From assembly GCF_009914755.1 (NCBI RefSeq), contig NC_060935.1: 64,000 nt of DNA, one strand, 5' to 3'. The translations under genes and the position numbers were made by a program. Every line of letters begins with the position of its first letter. Within the stretch, counting starts at the first letter, position 1. Positions 28,062-42,449 of the stretch are shown piece by piece. The notes under the pieces are model-generated. The model had not been told where the DNA came from. It searched no databases and worked only from the letters and a program-made list of their open reading frames with translations. The stretch comes from the human T2T-CHM13v2.0 reference genome, Homo sapiens.

Positions 28062-28469
28062 GGTTCCCTCCTCTGAGGTACTTTTAGGCACTAAGGAAAG
28101 GGAAAAGCTGAGGAATCCATTTGAAATAGCAGACCCTCTTGCTAAGGACTGGCATTGCTGGGCTAGAATCAATTCATGCTAAAACAGCTGGTTCGTAATT
28201 CTCTTTCAATCATGTGATCCTTGCGCCCTGGGTTAAAATGCTCATTTCTGGAAAGGGCCATCTCTTCATATATCTAGTAGAGGTGGTTGCCTGTATAGTG
28301 TGATTAAAAGTTTTCCCCCTAAGAGAATGTCTCAGATGGGTCTTTCACAGTTACATCTCCCTCAGCCTGAGAGGGTCATCACCGAAGTTACCTCTTTGGC
28401 TTAGACGGTAAGCACATGGTCTCTACACATGCGTGTTAAAAGTACCTTTGATATGTGTACCTGGAGCTC

Positions 28470-28562
28470 ATTTCAGTCATTCATATATTTACTCATTTAT
28501 TCAACAAATATTTATTAAACGATTATGCACACAAAGAAACAGTGATAGGTTTTAGGGATACC
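28470..28562 (-). mobile_element. L2 3' end, abruptly truncated
   Basis: CATTTATTCAACAAATATTTATT...AGGGATAC. Confidence 0.75.
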
Positions 28563-28587
28563 AGCGAGACTCCATCTCAAAAAAAAA
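28563..28587 (+). mobile_element. Orphan Alu 3' terminus (16 nt + A9)
   Basis: AGCGAGACTCCATCTCAAAAAAAAA matches the last bases of AluS/Y. Confidence 0.75.
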
Positions 28588-28703
28588 TTACAATCTCATT
28601 GGTAATAAAGAAAAAACAAATTAAAACCACAATATACAATTTTACACCAATCAGACTGACAAATATTTCAAAGTCTGGCAAAATCAACTGTTGATGACAA
28701 CGT
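28588..28703 (+). mobile_element. L1ME-like ORF2 3' fragment
   Basis: CAAATTAAAACCACAATATACAATTTTACACCAATCAGACTGACAAA...AAAGTCTGGCAA. Confidence 0.75.
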
Positions 28704-28989
28704 GCTAGGGGTCTCTAAATGGCTACCAAATTAACTACAAACTTCTAAACTACCATTCAAAGGGCATCACAATTCTCCAGACTAATTGCCCCTCTATTAA
28801 CCTGCCATAAATATATGTCACACTACAGAGGATAACTTGGTATTCTTCAGCACACGCTTCATTTCAAGTTGTGCCTTTTCCCCACCCTCTGTCAATCATA
28901 ATCCAACCCACAGTTCAAATCTATTCAATGTCATATTGTCAATCAAGACCCCCCACTTTTTTCAGTTTCCAACATTCTATTATTAGTAC

Positions 28990-29293
28990 TGTAATAATGA
29001 TGGCAACTAATATACACTGAGAATTTACTAGGCAACAGGAACTGTAAAGCTTTATGTCATTAATATTCACAAAATATCTATGACTTGGTACTATTATTCC
29101 TATGTACTGAGAAAGAAAACCAAAGTATAGAAAGGTTCAGTAACATAATAAAGATTATAGAGCTGGTAAGCAGTGGTGGCAGATTGCAAACAAAAATATT
29201 CAGACTCTAAGATGTTTTGTTGACAACCCATTGAAGCTTCATTTTATAGATGAAGCAACTGAGGTTTAGATATGTAAAATTGTTATCCAACAT
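28990..29293 (-). mobile_element. Two adjacent MIR pieces
   Basis: Reverse MIR 28990-29212 and core CATTTTATAGATGAAGCAACTGAGG at 29240-29265. Confidence 0.65.
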
Positions 29294-29295
29294 AA

Positions 29296-29429
29296 TTTTT
29301 TTTCTTCAACATTTATTTTAAGTTCTGAGGTACACGTGCAGGACATGCAGGTTTGTTACGTTGGTAAACGTGTGCCATGGTGGTTTGTTGCACAGACCAT
29401 CCCATCACCTACGTATTCAGCCTGGCATT
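29296..29429 (-). mobile_element. Very short L1PA (PA8-PA13 range) 3' end
   Basis: CAACATTTATTTTAAGTTCTGAGGTACACGTGCAGGACATGCAGGTTTGTTAC...CACAGACCATCCCATCACCTA. Confidence 0.88.
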
Positions 29430-30529
29430 TTATGATTCCAAACCACATGCTCAAATTCTCCCTTCATGATGAACATCGTGGGATGTTTATACTTCTCATA
29501 AAAGCTACCCTTGCTCTGCCATCTAATAGAGTGATTTGCATAATGATCACATCTCTAATTGGTAGTGGTAAGCGCTTTGCTCTCTGGGACTGTAACTCAG
29601 GATGGTCAACTCAGTCTTCCTATTGTATATGCTCAATAAATATTTGACAGATATAATGGGACAAGTCATGTAATGACTCTGACTCTCTTTTGTCTCACTT
29701 GATAAATGAGGAAAATAAAAACCGCCTTACTGTCTCAAAGGGATATTGAAGGACCCGGTAAAATTATGTGCATGAGCATGTCATAAGAAGAACATTGTAC
29801 CATGTAATGGTAAAACATCATTGCAGAAATAACTGCAATGGAGATTTAATTTGCATCACCTTTCAAGTAATCTTTATCAACTACACCTGGCAGGATAAGT
29901 GTCAAAGCTCTCAACAAGGGGTTTTGCATTCTAGACTTTGTAAATCTGGAGAAGTCATTGCCATCGAAAATGTTGCTTGCGGGTAAAATATTAAAGTATT
30001 CCTTGAGATCTGGTGATGAACTGAACTCAATTACATGCAGCTGTAGGAAACCTGCCCCCTACATCTGTGTGAATTAACAGTTACTCAGAAACTAATTGTG
30101 AGTACTACTTATTTTACATTTCTGCAAATGTGTGTGTGCATATATATAACAGAAGCCTTCCTTAAGAATTGATGAGCATTTCAGGAAAAAGCAGACAGAA
30201 TAAATAAAAATAAAAATGCTATCAGAAAAGAAACCAGCTAATTTTCCTGTGCATTGTTTTCTCCTGTCCACTTAGGCATTTGTGGACAGGAAGCCAGTGC
30301 TTTTGCTAATGTTTCACTTGTTGCTTGCAACTGTCATCTCCTCAGTTTCAAGCCAGCTATTCGACTTCACAGCTTGTTATTGGGTGACGAATTCAATATG
30401 TGTCAAGGACATCCTAAAAGGCACAGGGGAAGAAGAAGGCATACCACATTCCTACACAGCACTTATAGAATAGTTGAGTCATGGCATCTGTATATGAAAC
30501 TGAAAATAATAATCAGTGATGTACTTTAA

Positions 30530-31401
<872 letters not shown>

Positions 31402-31988
31402 TAAGCCCATGAGATCATTATCTATAATGGAAAAACTACTTAGTTAAGAGAAATTGAAGTAAGTTTTTTATTTTATTTTATTTCATTTCATTTCATTTTG
31501 TGATAAAACCACTTAACATGAAATCTGTATTCTTAATAATTTTTAACAATACTGGACAATACAGTATTGTTAACCATAGGCACAATATTAGATAGTAGAT
31601 CTATAGAACTTATCCATCCTCCATAATTGAAACTTCATACTTGTTGATTAGCAATTCCCCATTTGGCTCTCCCTGACAAACACAAATCTACTTTCTGCTT
31701 CCATGAGTTTGACTATTTTAGATACCTCATATAAGTGGAATCATGCAGTATTTATCTTTCTGTGACTGGCTTATTTGACTTAGCATAATGTCCTCAATGT
31801 TCATGTTGTCACATATTGCAGGATTTTCTTCTTTCTTAAGGCTGAACAAAATTTAATTGTATGTATAAACCATATATTCTTTACCCACTCAGCCACTGAT
31901 GAACATTTAGTTTGGTTACACATCTTGGTCTTGTGAATATTGCTGCAGTGAAAGTGGAAGTGTTAATCTCTTCAAGATACTGATTTCA

Positions 31989-32708
31989 TGCAAATCAAAA
32001 TCACAGTGAGATACCATCTCACACCAGTGAGGATGGCTGTTATTAAAAAGTCAAAAAATAACAGATTCTGGCAAGGTTGTGGAGAAAAAAGAATACTTAT
32101 ATACTGTGATGGGAGTGTAAATTAGTTCAACCATCGTGGAAGACAATGTGGCGATTCCTCAAAGACCTAAAGACAGAAATACCATTTGACCCAGTAATCT
32201 CATTACTGAGTATATACCCAAAGGGATATAAATCATTTTATTATAAAGACACATGTGTGCATATGTTCATTGCAGCACTATTAACAATAGCTAAGACATG
32301 GAATCAACTTAAATGGCAATCAATGACAGACTGGATTAAAAAAAAAAAGTGTTACATATACACCATGGAATACTCTGAAGCCATAAAAAAGAACAGATCA
32401 TTTGCAGGGTCATGGATGGAGCTGGAGGCCATCATTTTTAACAAACTAATGCAGGAACAGAAAACCAAATACCACATGTTCTCACTCATAAGTGGGAGCT
32501 AAATGATGAGAACACATGGACACATAGAGGGGACAACACACACTGGGGCTTATCGGATGGTGGAAGGAGGGAGAGGGTCAGGAGAATAACTAATGGGTAC
32601 CGGGCTTAATACCTGGGTGATTAAATAATTTTGTATGACAAACCCCAATGACATAAGTTTACCTAGGTAACAAACCTGCACATATACCACTGAACTTAAA
32701 AGTTTAAA
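31989..32708 (+). mobile_element. L1PA13-like 3' fragment nested in opposite orientation
   Basis: ORF2 C-terminus (ORF 32146-32502). 3' UTR AATAACTAATGGGTAC...AATACCTGGGTGA. TSD AAGAT(A/G)CTGATTTCA (31974-31988 / 32709-32723). Confidence 0.9.
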
Positions 32709-35333
32709 AAGATGCTGATTTCAGTTATTTTACATAAATATTCAGAAGTGAGATTGCTGGATCAAATAATAGTTTTATTTTTGATATTTTGAGGAACATT
32801 CATATTATTTTCCATAGTGGCTGCAACATTCTGTATTCCTACCAACTGTGTGCAAGGGTTCCAATTTCTCTACATCATTGTCAATATGTTGTCTTTTGTT
32901 TTTTGATAATAGCCAACATTATAGGTGTGATGAGATACCTCATTGTGATTCTGATTTGCAGTTATGTGATGGTTAGTAATGTTGAGCGTCTTTTCATGTA
33001 TCTGTCAGATATTTGTATGTCTTTGGAGCAATGTCTATTTAAGTCCTCTGCCCATATTTTAGTTGAGTTTTGGTATTTTTTGCTATTGATTGTAGGAGTT
33101 GTTTTTATTTTGGAAAACAATCCCTTATCAGATACATGGTGGCTTGAAAATATTTTCTCCCATTCTATATGTTGTCTTTTCACTCTGCTGATTGTGTATT
33201 TTGTTGTGCAGAAGCTTTTGAATTGGATGTGGTTTGATTTATTTTTGCTTTTGTTGCCTATAGTTTTGATGTCATATCTGCAAAATCATTGCCAAGACCA
33301 ATGTCATAAAACTTTTTCTCTATTTTTCTTCCAGGAGTTTTACAGCTTTAGGTCTTACATTTTGAGTCTTTAATCTATTTTGTGTTGATTTTCATGTATG
33401 ATGTAAATGAGGTATAATTTCTTTCTTCTGCACTTAGATATACAGTTTTCTTGTAAACGTTTGTTGAAGAGACTATCCTTTTCACATTGTGTAGTTTTGA
33501 CATGCTTGTTGAAGATCAGTTTACTGTATACATATGTGAGGATTTACTTCTGGGCTCTCTATTCGTTCCATCCATTGGTCACTTTATCTGTCTTTATACA
33601 AATACCAAATTTTTTAAATTATTGTGTCTTTGGAATATGTTTTGAAATCACAAAGTGTGATATGCCCAGCTTTATTCTTTTTTCTCAAGACATTTGATTG
33701 TTTCAGATCATTTGTGGTTAAATAAAAATTTTAGAATGTCTATTTCTATTTCTGTACCAAATACTGCTGGGATTTTGATAGAAATTACATTGAATCTGTG
33801 GATTGCTTTGAATAGTATAGACATTTTAACAATTTAAGACTTTCAATTCAGTAACGTGGGATGGGATGTCTTTCCATTTGTTTTTGTCTTCTTTAATGTC
33901 TTTCATTAATGTTTTGTAGTTGTTAGTGCACAATTCTTTCACTTTCTTAGTTAAATTTATTCCTAAGTACTTTATTCTTTTTAATGTTACTATAAAATCA
34001 CTTTTATAAGTGATTTTCTTCCTAATTTTCTTTTCAGATAATTTGTTGTCAGCATACAAAAATGCAACTGATTTTTGTGTGTTAATTTTATATTCTGAAA
34101 CTTCACTGAATTTGCTTATTAGTTCCAACAGGTTTTGGGGGGGAATCTTTAGAGTTTTCTATAAAAACCATATCATTTGCAAAGACAGACTATTTTAGTT
34201 CTTCCTTTCTGATTTGAATTCCTTTTGTTTTCTTTTCTTGCCAAATTGCTCTAGCCAAAACTTTCACTACTTTGTTGACTAGACATGGTGAAAGTGGATA
34301 TCCTTGCCTTGCTCTTGATCTTAGAGGAAAAGCTTTGTTTATCACCATTGATTATGATACTAGCTATTAAATGTTCACATATGGCCTATATTATGTTGAT
34401 GTAATTTTTATCATGAGATGATGAGAATTTTTATTATGAGAATTTTTATCATGAAAGTGTTTTGAATTTTATCAAGTGTTTGTTTCTACATCTATGCAGA
34501 AATACCCTGTTTTATTTCAGTTCTTCGAGGTGTAAAGTTAGATTGCTAATTCTTTTTTTGTAATGTAGGTGTTTATTGTTATAAACTTTCTTGTTAATAA
34601 TGTGTTTACTATGTCTCATAAAATTTGATATTATGTTTTCACTTGTCTCACGATATTTTCTAATTTTTATTTTTATTTTTTCTTTGACATATCAGTTGTT
34701 TAAAAGCACATTATTTAATTTCCATTTATTTGTTAATTTTTCAGTTTTATTTGTACTGTTGATTTCTTGTCCTGTTCCAATGTGGTCAGAAAAAGATACT
34801 TGATATAATGTTCAATCTTATATTTGTGGAAACTCGTTTTGTTACCTAACATGTAATCTGTCCTGGAAAATGTTGACTGTGTGCTTAAGAGGAATATATA
34901 TTTTGTTGCTCTTGGGTGGAATGTTCTGTTAGGTCTTTTAGGTCCATTTGGTTTATAGTGTTTTTCAAGTCTGCTCTTTCCTTACTGATTTTCTGTATGA
35001 TTGTTCTATTCATTATTGAAAGTGGGGGATTAAAATCTCCTCCCATTATCGTATTGCTGTTTTTCTTTTCTGTTCTGTTAAGGTTTGCTTCATATATTTA
35101 TGTTCTATGATGATAGGTGCATATTTATTTGTAATTATTGTATCTTTCTGATGAATTGATTCTTTTATCATTACACAATGTTTTATTTGTCTCTTGTTAT
35201 GATTTTTAAGTTAAACTATTTTGTCTTATATGAATAGTCTTTTGGTTGCCATTTGCCATTTGCATAAGATAACTTTTTGCATTTCTTAACTTTCAGCCTA
35301 TATATATCCTTAAATTTAAGTGAGTCCCTTGTA

Positions 35334-35650
35334 GGCTGGGATGGTGGCTCATGCTTGTAATCCCAGCACTTGGGAGGCTGAGGCAGGAGGATTGCTTGAG
35401 GCCAGGAGTTCAAGACCAGCCTGAGCAACATAGTGAGACCTTATCTCCACTAAAAATTTAAAAATTAGCCAGGTGTGGTGAGTCATATCTGTAGTCCCAG
35501 CTATTCAGGAGGCTGAGGCAGGAGGATCACTGGAGCCCAGGAGTTTGAGGATGCAGTGAGCTATGCTCAAGCCACTGTACTCCATCCTGGGCAAGAGAGC
35601 AAGACCCTGTCTCAAAAAAAAAAGGAGAAAAATAAAATGAAGTAAAATAA
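35334..35650 (+). mobile_element. AluJ (Jr/Jo)
   Basis: GGAGGATTGCTTGAGGCCAGGAGTTC...GAGCTATG. TSD AAGTGAGTC(CC/AA)TTGTA. Confidence 0.93.
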
Positions 35651-37629
35651 AGTGAGTCAATTGTAGATAGAATATCACTTGATCTTGTTTTTTCATTCAT
35701 TCAGCCACTCAATGCCTTTTGGTTGTGACCATTTATATTTAAAGTAATTATCAATAGGGAAGAATCTGCTATTGCCATTTTGTTGTTTTCAACTTGTCTT
35801 GTATTTATTTTAGCCTTTTTCCCCTGCTGTCTTCCTTTGTGTTTCATTATTTTTTATAATAATCTGCTTTAATTTCTGTTTTTCTTTTGTGTATCTACTA
35901 CAGGTATTTTCTTTGTAGTTATCATGAGACTACCAAAAAGATCTTATAGTTAAGCTGTCTATGACTTTACTTCTCTTCCCCTCACAGTTTATGTCATTGG
36001 TGCTATAATTTACATCTATTTATAGTGTATATTAATACTTTTATATTTATAGTTATTCTTAATATTTTTGTCTTTTAACTTTTATACTAGAATTAAAGGT
36101 GATTTACCCATCACCACTACAGTAAGACAGTATTTGGTATTTATCTTTATATTTAATTTACCAAGTTTTATACTTTTATAGGCTGGGGCTTTTGGCCTAC
36201 TCACTTCGTGCCAAGCCAAGGGAGGAGCTGTGGTGAATGCCCACACACTATTTCAAATTGCCATCCTTGGTCTCTGTCACCCTCAGGGATCCAGCGTATG
36301 CTAGGTTCTGTCAGTGTTCCAAGACAAGCAAGACAAAAGTCAGTTCCTCATATAGCACCCAGAAAATTTGGGACTTTGGATGCATGGCCCAATTATTTTC
36401 CTTCCTAGAGAGAAGATGGGAGCTGGTGTGTTTTGCCTGCTTACTCTGTACTGAGTCAGGGTGAAGAGCTCTGGCATGTACTCCTGCTAGTTCAGACCAT
36501 CATCTTTGTTCTCTGTAGTCCCTAAGGGTCTAGCATATGCCAGATCATGGGTGACAGGTTTTAAAGGGCAACCAATATTGAAAAATCTGGATGGTAATAG
36601 TATCATGTTGGTGGTGAAAGCTATGTTGAAGTGAGTGTAATTAAGCATTCTTGTAATCACACATCATGAACTTAATTTTAATCCAGCAATCAATTTTAGG
36701 TGGAACATATCATATTTACTGTGCTTTTCAGAATATTTTTTAAACATTATTTAACAAAAGATGAGGTTAGGTTAAGTTATTTGGGAAAATAGAAAGGACC
36801 ATCCACATCCACATATTCCTGTTTCTTTTTCCAGAGCAATACAAGAAAAGAAAAAGAAAGATGATCCAACATCAGGGAAGACATCTGCTAAAGTGGATGT
36901 CAAGACAAAGCTTCACATTTTCACATTTCCCTCAAATAATCATTTTTCTTCTTTCTGAGGAAAGTGTATTTCATTTGCACAGGGCTATCTGGGAAATAGC
37001 AATCATTAATACTAAACGTACTTGGTCCTACAGCTGCCTTGCTCACAGGGAAGCAAAGGAAGAATGCTGGTTCTTGCTAGACAATCAGAGGGCACAGTGA
37101 CTGTAAAATTAGTGTCAGAGTGGGCCTGGTACCATTAAAATTTAGAACGAGGCAAGAACAGACTGTGTCATTTTCCCAGTCATGAGCTCTCAGTTTGAGC
37201 TGATCAATTCCATACAAGAAAGAGAGTGTCACAAAGTTAAGCCTAAAATTCAGCTGTTAGTGCAATTTTCTCTTACTAAATTTAATACCGGGTATATTGT
37301 GATCGAGAACAAATTTACATTTGCTTTGTCCTTTAAATGGAAAGGTGAAGTCTTCTCTGTGACCAAAGCTATGAACCCACAATACAATCAAGGGCTTTAG
37401 AGTTCTCAACCATGCAGCCTTTGCTGTCTTTGACACTTGAGTATTTTTCCTTTACTTTTCTATTTCCTGCTTTAAAAAAATGGTTTAAAAATTTCTTGGA
37501 CCTTCAGATTAAGTTTCTGGGAATCTAAAGATTTTTAACATTATTAAATTGTCTATTATAGTAAACTTAAAACTCACAATAATTTTTCCTTGAAATACCA
37601 AAGCTGATTTGCATAATTAATTTTATGAT

Positions 37630-38185
37630 AGAAATTTTTACATTGCTTTTATTAAATTTTCAATAGACATATACAAGTATTTTAATATATATTTACAGAG
37701 TAAAGAATATAAACATAATTAACTCCAAGATACCTACCAGTTTATCTAAGATAGAGAATAAAGCTAATGCTTTTGAAATTCGCTGCTTCCTGGTTCCCAA
37801 CTCCTTGCCTCTTCTCTTAGAACTATCACTTAAAAGTTGGGTTTATGATTTTCTTGCATGTGTATGTGTGTATGTGCATTTATCATATATGTATGCTTGA
37901 TCAGAAAATTGTTTGGCAGAATGTTTTTAAAGGCCTAAATGGAAAAAGGCATTTTTACTGACACTAATGATTTGCTTTTTTCACTTAACTTTCTCTGGCT
38001 GCAATTTATCTGTGTTGACGCACATAGCTGTAACTCATTCACTTCCCTTGCTGTATAGTATAGTATTTCATTGAATAAATATAACACAATTTACATATTA
38101 TTCTCTTGTTAATGGACATTTGAATTGTTTATAGATTTTTTTGCTATTTAAATTATTGATATCTCCTTTGCATGTGTATAAAGCT
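37630..38185 (-). mobile_element. L1ME-like 3' UTR fragment
   Basis: TTTGCTTTTTTCACTTAAC...CTCATTCACTT...GTTAATGGACATTTGAATTGTTT. Confidence 0.65.
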
Positions 38186-39949
38186 TTTACCAGCTACCCC
38201 TTGTCCCTTCCGTTATTTCTTTAGGCTTACCAACCACTCCCACTTCCCAAACTCTTATTTTATCTCCTTTTTTCTGAACATGCTATTCTCTTAGACTTAA
38301 AAAGCCCTTTTCTACCCAATCTTCCTTGTGAACTCTGGTCTCTTAAGTTTGGATTATTGAATTTGACCACCTTAAACTCCCTTTGGATCCTGAAGTGAGT
38401 TCCATTAAAATTCTTATCATACTGTAAGTAATGGCCACTACACAGAAGATAAGCTTCTTGAAGAGAAAAACTACATATTTTATCTCTGTGTTACTAGAAC
38501 CAAGGCAACAAGAAAGAGCTGAATATTCAACATTTCTGACTCTATGTTATTTCCACCACATCGCCTAACTTTATGCGTCTAAAAATATCACTTTAACATT
38601 GATACACAACTCACATATTCCATTATGCCCTTTGAATAAGTGATTTCCTATTTGTAGTCCATGGAACACTTACCCCACCTGCTCTCCCTTGTTACTTCAA
38701 AAAGAAAAAAAAATCCCCCTGGAATTAATGGGGATTATAGCACTGATTTCAATAACACACACATTAATTCACACAATCAGTACAAACATGGATAAAAACA
38801 CCTCCTAGATAATATACCAAACCTGCCATGGATGCCAAGGTCCTACTTTGGAAAACATTACATTCAATGGACTCAAAATTCAGTGCGGTCCTTCATAGAA
38901 GGCTCACACATTGAAATGGCTTTCGTGAACTGACATGTTATTAATGGGAAATTTTGGTAATTTCCTTTTGTTGGAAGTTTCAAATTTTGCAAAGTCAATA
39001 TACAGTATAAAATTGCAATTATTATTTTTGTCATTTATATGAATAGTCTATGTTTAGTTTCTGGGTTAACATTGGTCATGCCTAATATATCTCTTTGAAA
39101 TTTTTTAATGAAAATATTTCATAGAAATGAAAAAATTTTTGTAATCTTGCTCCTTCTAATGCAAAATTATTTTTAACGAAAGAATTGTAAACTAAAATTA
39201 AGAACAAATCACATATCAATGCTTAGATAATTTTTTTATTAGCTGCCATATTGATGGGGGTTGCCCAAGGCATATGCCCTTGTACCACTGGCCAATTGAA
39301 ACCCATTTTCACCTAATACAGCCCAGAGAGTACCCAAGAAGGTGGAGAAACCATACCACTTTCTCATCTTTACACCCCTAAATCCAGAATGCAGGGATCT
39401 CACAGGGAGGCAAACAAGCCACCAAACTCCATCCATAGAATGCATGCGAGGGGCAAGATGGGCAGAAACTCAACATCTGTGCTCTCATCAATGGATCTCT
39501 CTTTCTGCATGTGTTGACACACGGCATACCAAAAAATGGGGGTGGGAGGAAAGGGAGGCAGTGCTATTCCCATGTTGGGATCTTTTATGATTTGCAGTAA
39601 AGTGTTAAAGGCAAGGACAGCAAGAGAAAAATAGCTCTAAGGGCATGCCTACTGGGAACAGTGGCTTTTATATTTCACATAATACAAATGTCACAATGCG
39701 CTTTTTATTCTCTTACTTACAAGACATAGTAGTAGTAAGGGAAGTAGTGGTAGATTCACTCCAAATAAATTATGCTAACTATAATTTATCAAGGGATTGT
39801 GTGTGTCTTTTGTATCTAAATCTGATAGCTGTTTGGTGCTAGCATCTAAGAGGCTATTGGAAGAAGATAAGGACGCTAACTAACTCTCCATCCCCATTTA
39901 CAATGTTTTGGAAAATGCCAAGCTTGAATAGATATTTCACCTTTCTATA

Positions 39950-42097
39950 ATAACTAAACAGAGAAAAGTAAAAATAGTCTAGGATTTAGGAAAACATATT
40001 GCAGCGTAAGGAGAGACAGTGCATAGCCCAGAAAATCCAAAAGAACATATTTCAGGAAAATGGATCTGAAAGGTGTAATATCAATGAAAACAAAATAAAA
40101 CTCTTACTTGAAGTTTGTGGTAAAACAGATTTTGACCTTTGTAGAATGTGAAAGGGAAATATAGTAAGAGAAATCACTCAGATGAAATTGGTGGTTCAAG
40201 GAAAGTGATGAAAAAAAAGACTACAAGGGAAATTCTTAAATGATAGTAGAAATATACTTATTTCAAGTAGATCAACTATGCACAGGACACACCAGTGGTT
40301 CCCCCATAAAATGCAGGGGGAATATTATAAATACAGTGGCAAGAGAGAGGAGATGCAATTTAACGATTAGAAGTATTTGTGGAAAAAATCCACAAAGAAA
40401 TATAAAGAGAGGCAATAATCAAAGAGGACATAGAAAGAATTCCAAAACTGAAAAAAAAAATTCCCAAGCTACAATTAGAAAAGAAACGCTGCTTGTGCAA
40501 AGTTAATCAAAGAAACCTCATCTAGATATTTCTTAGCTTTTCCTTTATAATTTTAATGATAAAAGTTTAGAATCCTGTATGGAATTGCATAACAAAATTT
40601 TTAAAAACTAAACAAAACACACTAACTTCAGACTTCTCATAATATCAAGTTTCTGTAAGACCTATGTCAATCTCTAAATACTTAGATAAAATGGCTAATA
40701 ATCTGAAAATTGTATATCCAGCCAAAGTCTCCTTGGTGCGCAATGGTAATATTCAAATGTGCATATTTTCTAAGAAAATTTGTGAAATAATTACCTTCTC
40801 TGAATGAACAAGATTCATTTGATATCAGATGTTAAATATAAACTACTAATTTCATATCAAATTTTAAGTATAAATAAACTTGAATGAGGAAACATCACAA
40901 GGATCTGAAGTTATTTATATGTCATACATAAAGAAAAATCTATTATTTTGGTTTTGTAGTTGATCATTGAGAAATGTCAATAAATGTTATTTGATAAACT
41001 TTAATGCATTAAAGTCATAAAGAAAATGGATGAAAATGTTGATTTTGTAACATTTAAGACAAATGAAACCCCAAAATCTTCTGTTTATCAAAAGTGCTAA
41101 AAACTGAGTATAGTGGCAAGCAGCGATGAGGGAAAATCTTTGAACAATGTATGAAGGACAATGCTAATTTTTTAAATTTGTGAAAGCTCATATTTTTAAG
41201 AAGAAAAATAGTAACAACAGGACAGCCAAATGTGCAAAGCACATGGAGAGTTCATAAGAAAAAAAGTTATTGATAGAATCTACACTATTAGACAATTTTG
41301 TAAGGGAAAGATTATTTACTAAATAAAGATTATTTTGTTGGATTTTTGTCTGATTGATAGTCTATTATCTTTAACATCATTCTAATCAAACACTAATTTC
41401 AAATCAAAACATAATTTATATTTTCTTAAATGTTTAATATGTTTATAAATTAAGGCACTTGAATTTTTAGATGACTGACATACCAGATTCTCCTATATCT
41501 TTTATCAAAAGCATATCTTAAAAAGCAGAAACATGATACAGTTACAAAATTCAGTACTGCCCATACAATGAATTGTTTATCAAAACACATAGATTACAGT
41601 TTGTACCGTCTTATCTCCAATCTGATTCTAATTATGGTTCTAATTCTATTTCTCAGTTTTAACTTATTCCTGGGATTCTTATTCTTCTCACCTAACCTGA
41701 AGAGGAATGCTTAACATTTCAAACCAGCTGAAGGTTTGCTAATTGGTTAATGTTTCAGTATTCAAGGCCATACTGAATATTGGACATACCTTTTAGGTAA
41801 TTCTGCTCAAGCCTGTAATTCAGTGTGGCATTTCACTCTTATTTTGTTCTCATCTATCAAAATGTAAATATTATGTTTTTGCTAAAAAGCTAGTAATAAG
41901 AGAAAAACATGTGGTTTCAAGGATTCCACTGAACATTATCTGGGAGACTGAGCCCAAACAAAAAGACAAACATGCACAAAACATGATATTAGAAAAAAGA
42001 AAAAGAGAGCAAGCTATCTCACTGACAAATACTGTGCTTCCTCAAGTAGAAAAATTGTGAAGACTCTACAAGAAAACTCTTAGAAACATTAATAGAT
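39950..42097 (+). mobile_element. Highly degraded L1ME/HAL1-like fragments (not continuous)
   Basis: A-rich ORF1-like text (GAGGCAATAATCAAAGA...GAATTCCAAAACTGAA; ATTGTATATCCAGCCAAAGT). ORF2 piece TAGAAAA...CTACAAGAAAACTCTTAGAA next to the provirus. Confidence 0.55.
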
Positions 42098-42449
42098 CTC
42101 TAGAGTGGGAGAGATTAAGCTGAAGGAAGATTTTGTGGTAAGGAGTGACATTGTGGGGTTGTTAGAAGAAACATTTGTCATTTAGAATTATTGGTGATGG
42201 CCTGGATACAGTTTTGTATGAATTGAAAAACTAAATGGAATAAGAGAAGGAGAAAAACAGGTATTAAAGGACTAAGAATTGGGAGGACCTAGGACATCTA
42301 ATTAGAGAGTGCCTAAGGAGATTCAGCGTAGCCTTGCCAGCAAAGATTATTTATTTACTTCAAGAGTTAAGAGTGGCGGTTTGGGGATTGCACCAGGAGA
42401 TATCAGCTGCGATGGCTTGGAGAAACAGTGTAAACCGGCAGTGTAAACA

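Larger units (their letters stand above)
31464..36545 (-). mobile_element. L1MA8/9-like with internal deletions and 5' UTR-like remnant (36180-36545)
   Basis: (ATTTT/ATTTC)n tail. 3' UTR ACTTAACATGAAATCT...ATACAGTATTGTTAACCATAGGCAC. ORF2 fragments (33826-34128 'YKINTQKSVAFLY...IKYLGINLTK'). Confidence 0.82.

Noticed and set aside
32789-33373. 194-aa hydrophobic ORF resembling a membrane protein
   Set aside because: Antisense reading of T-rich L1 ORF2.
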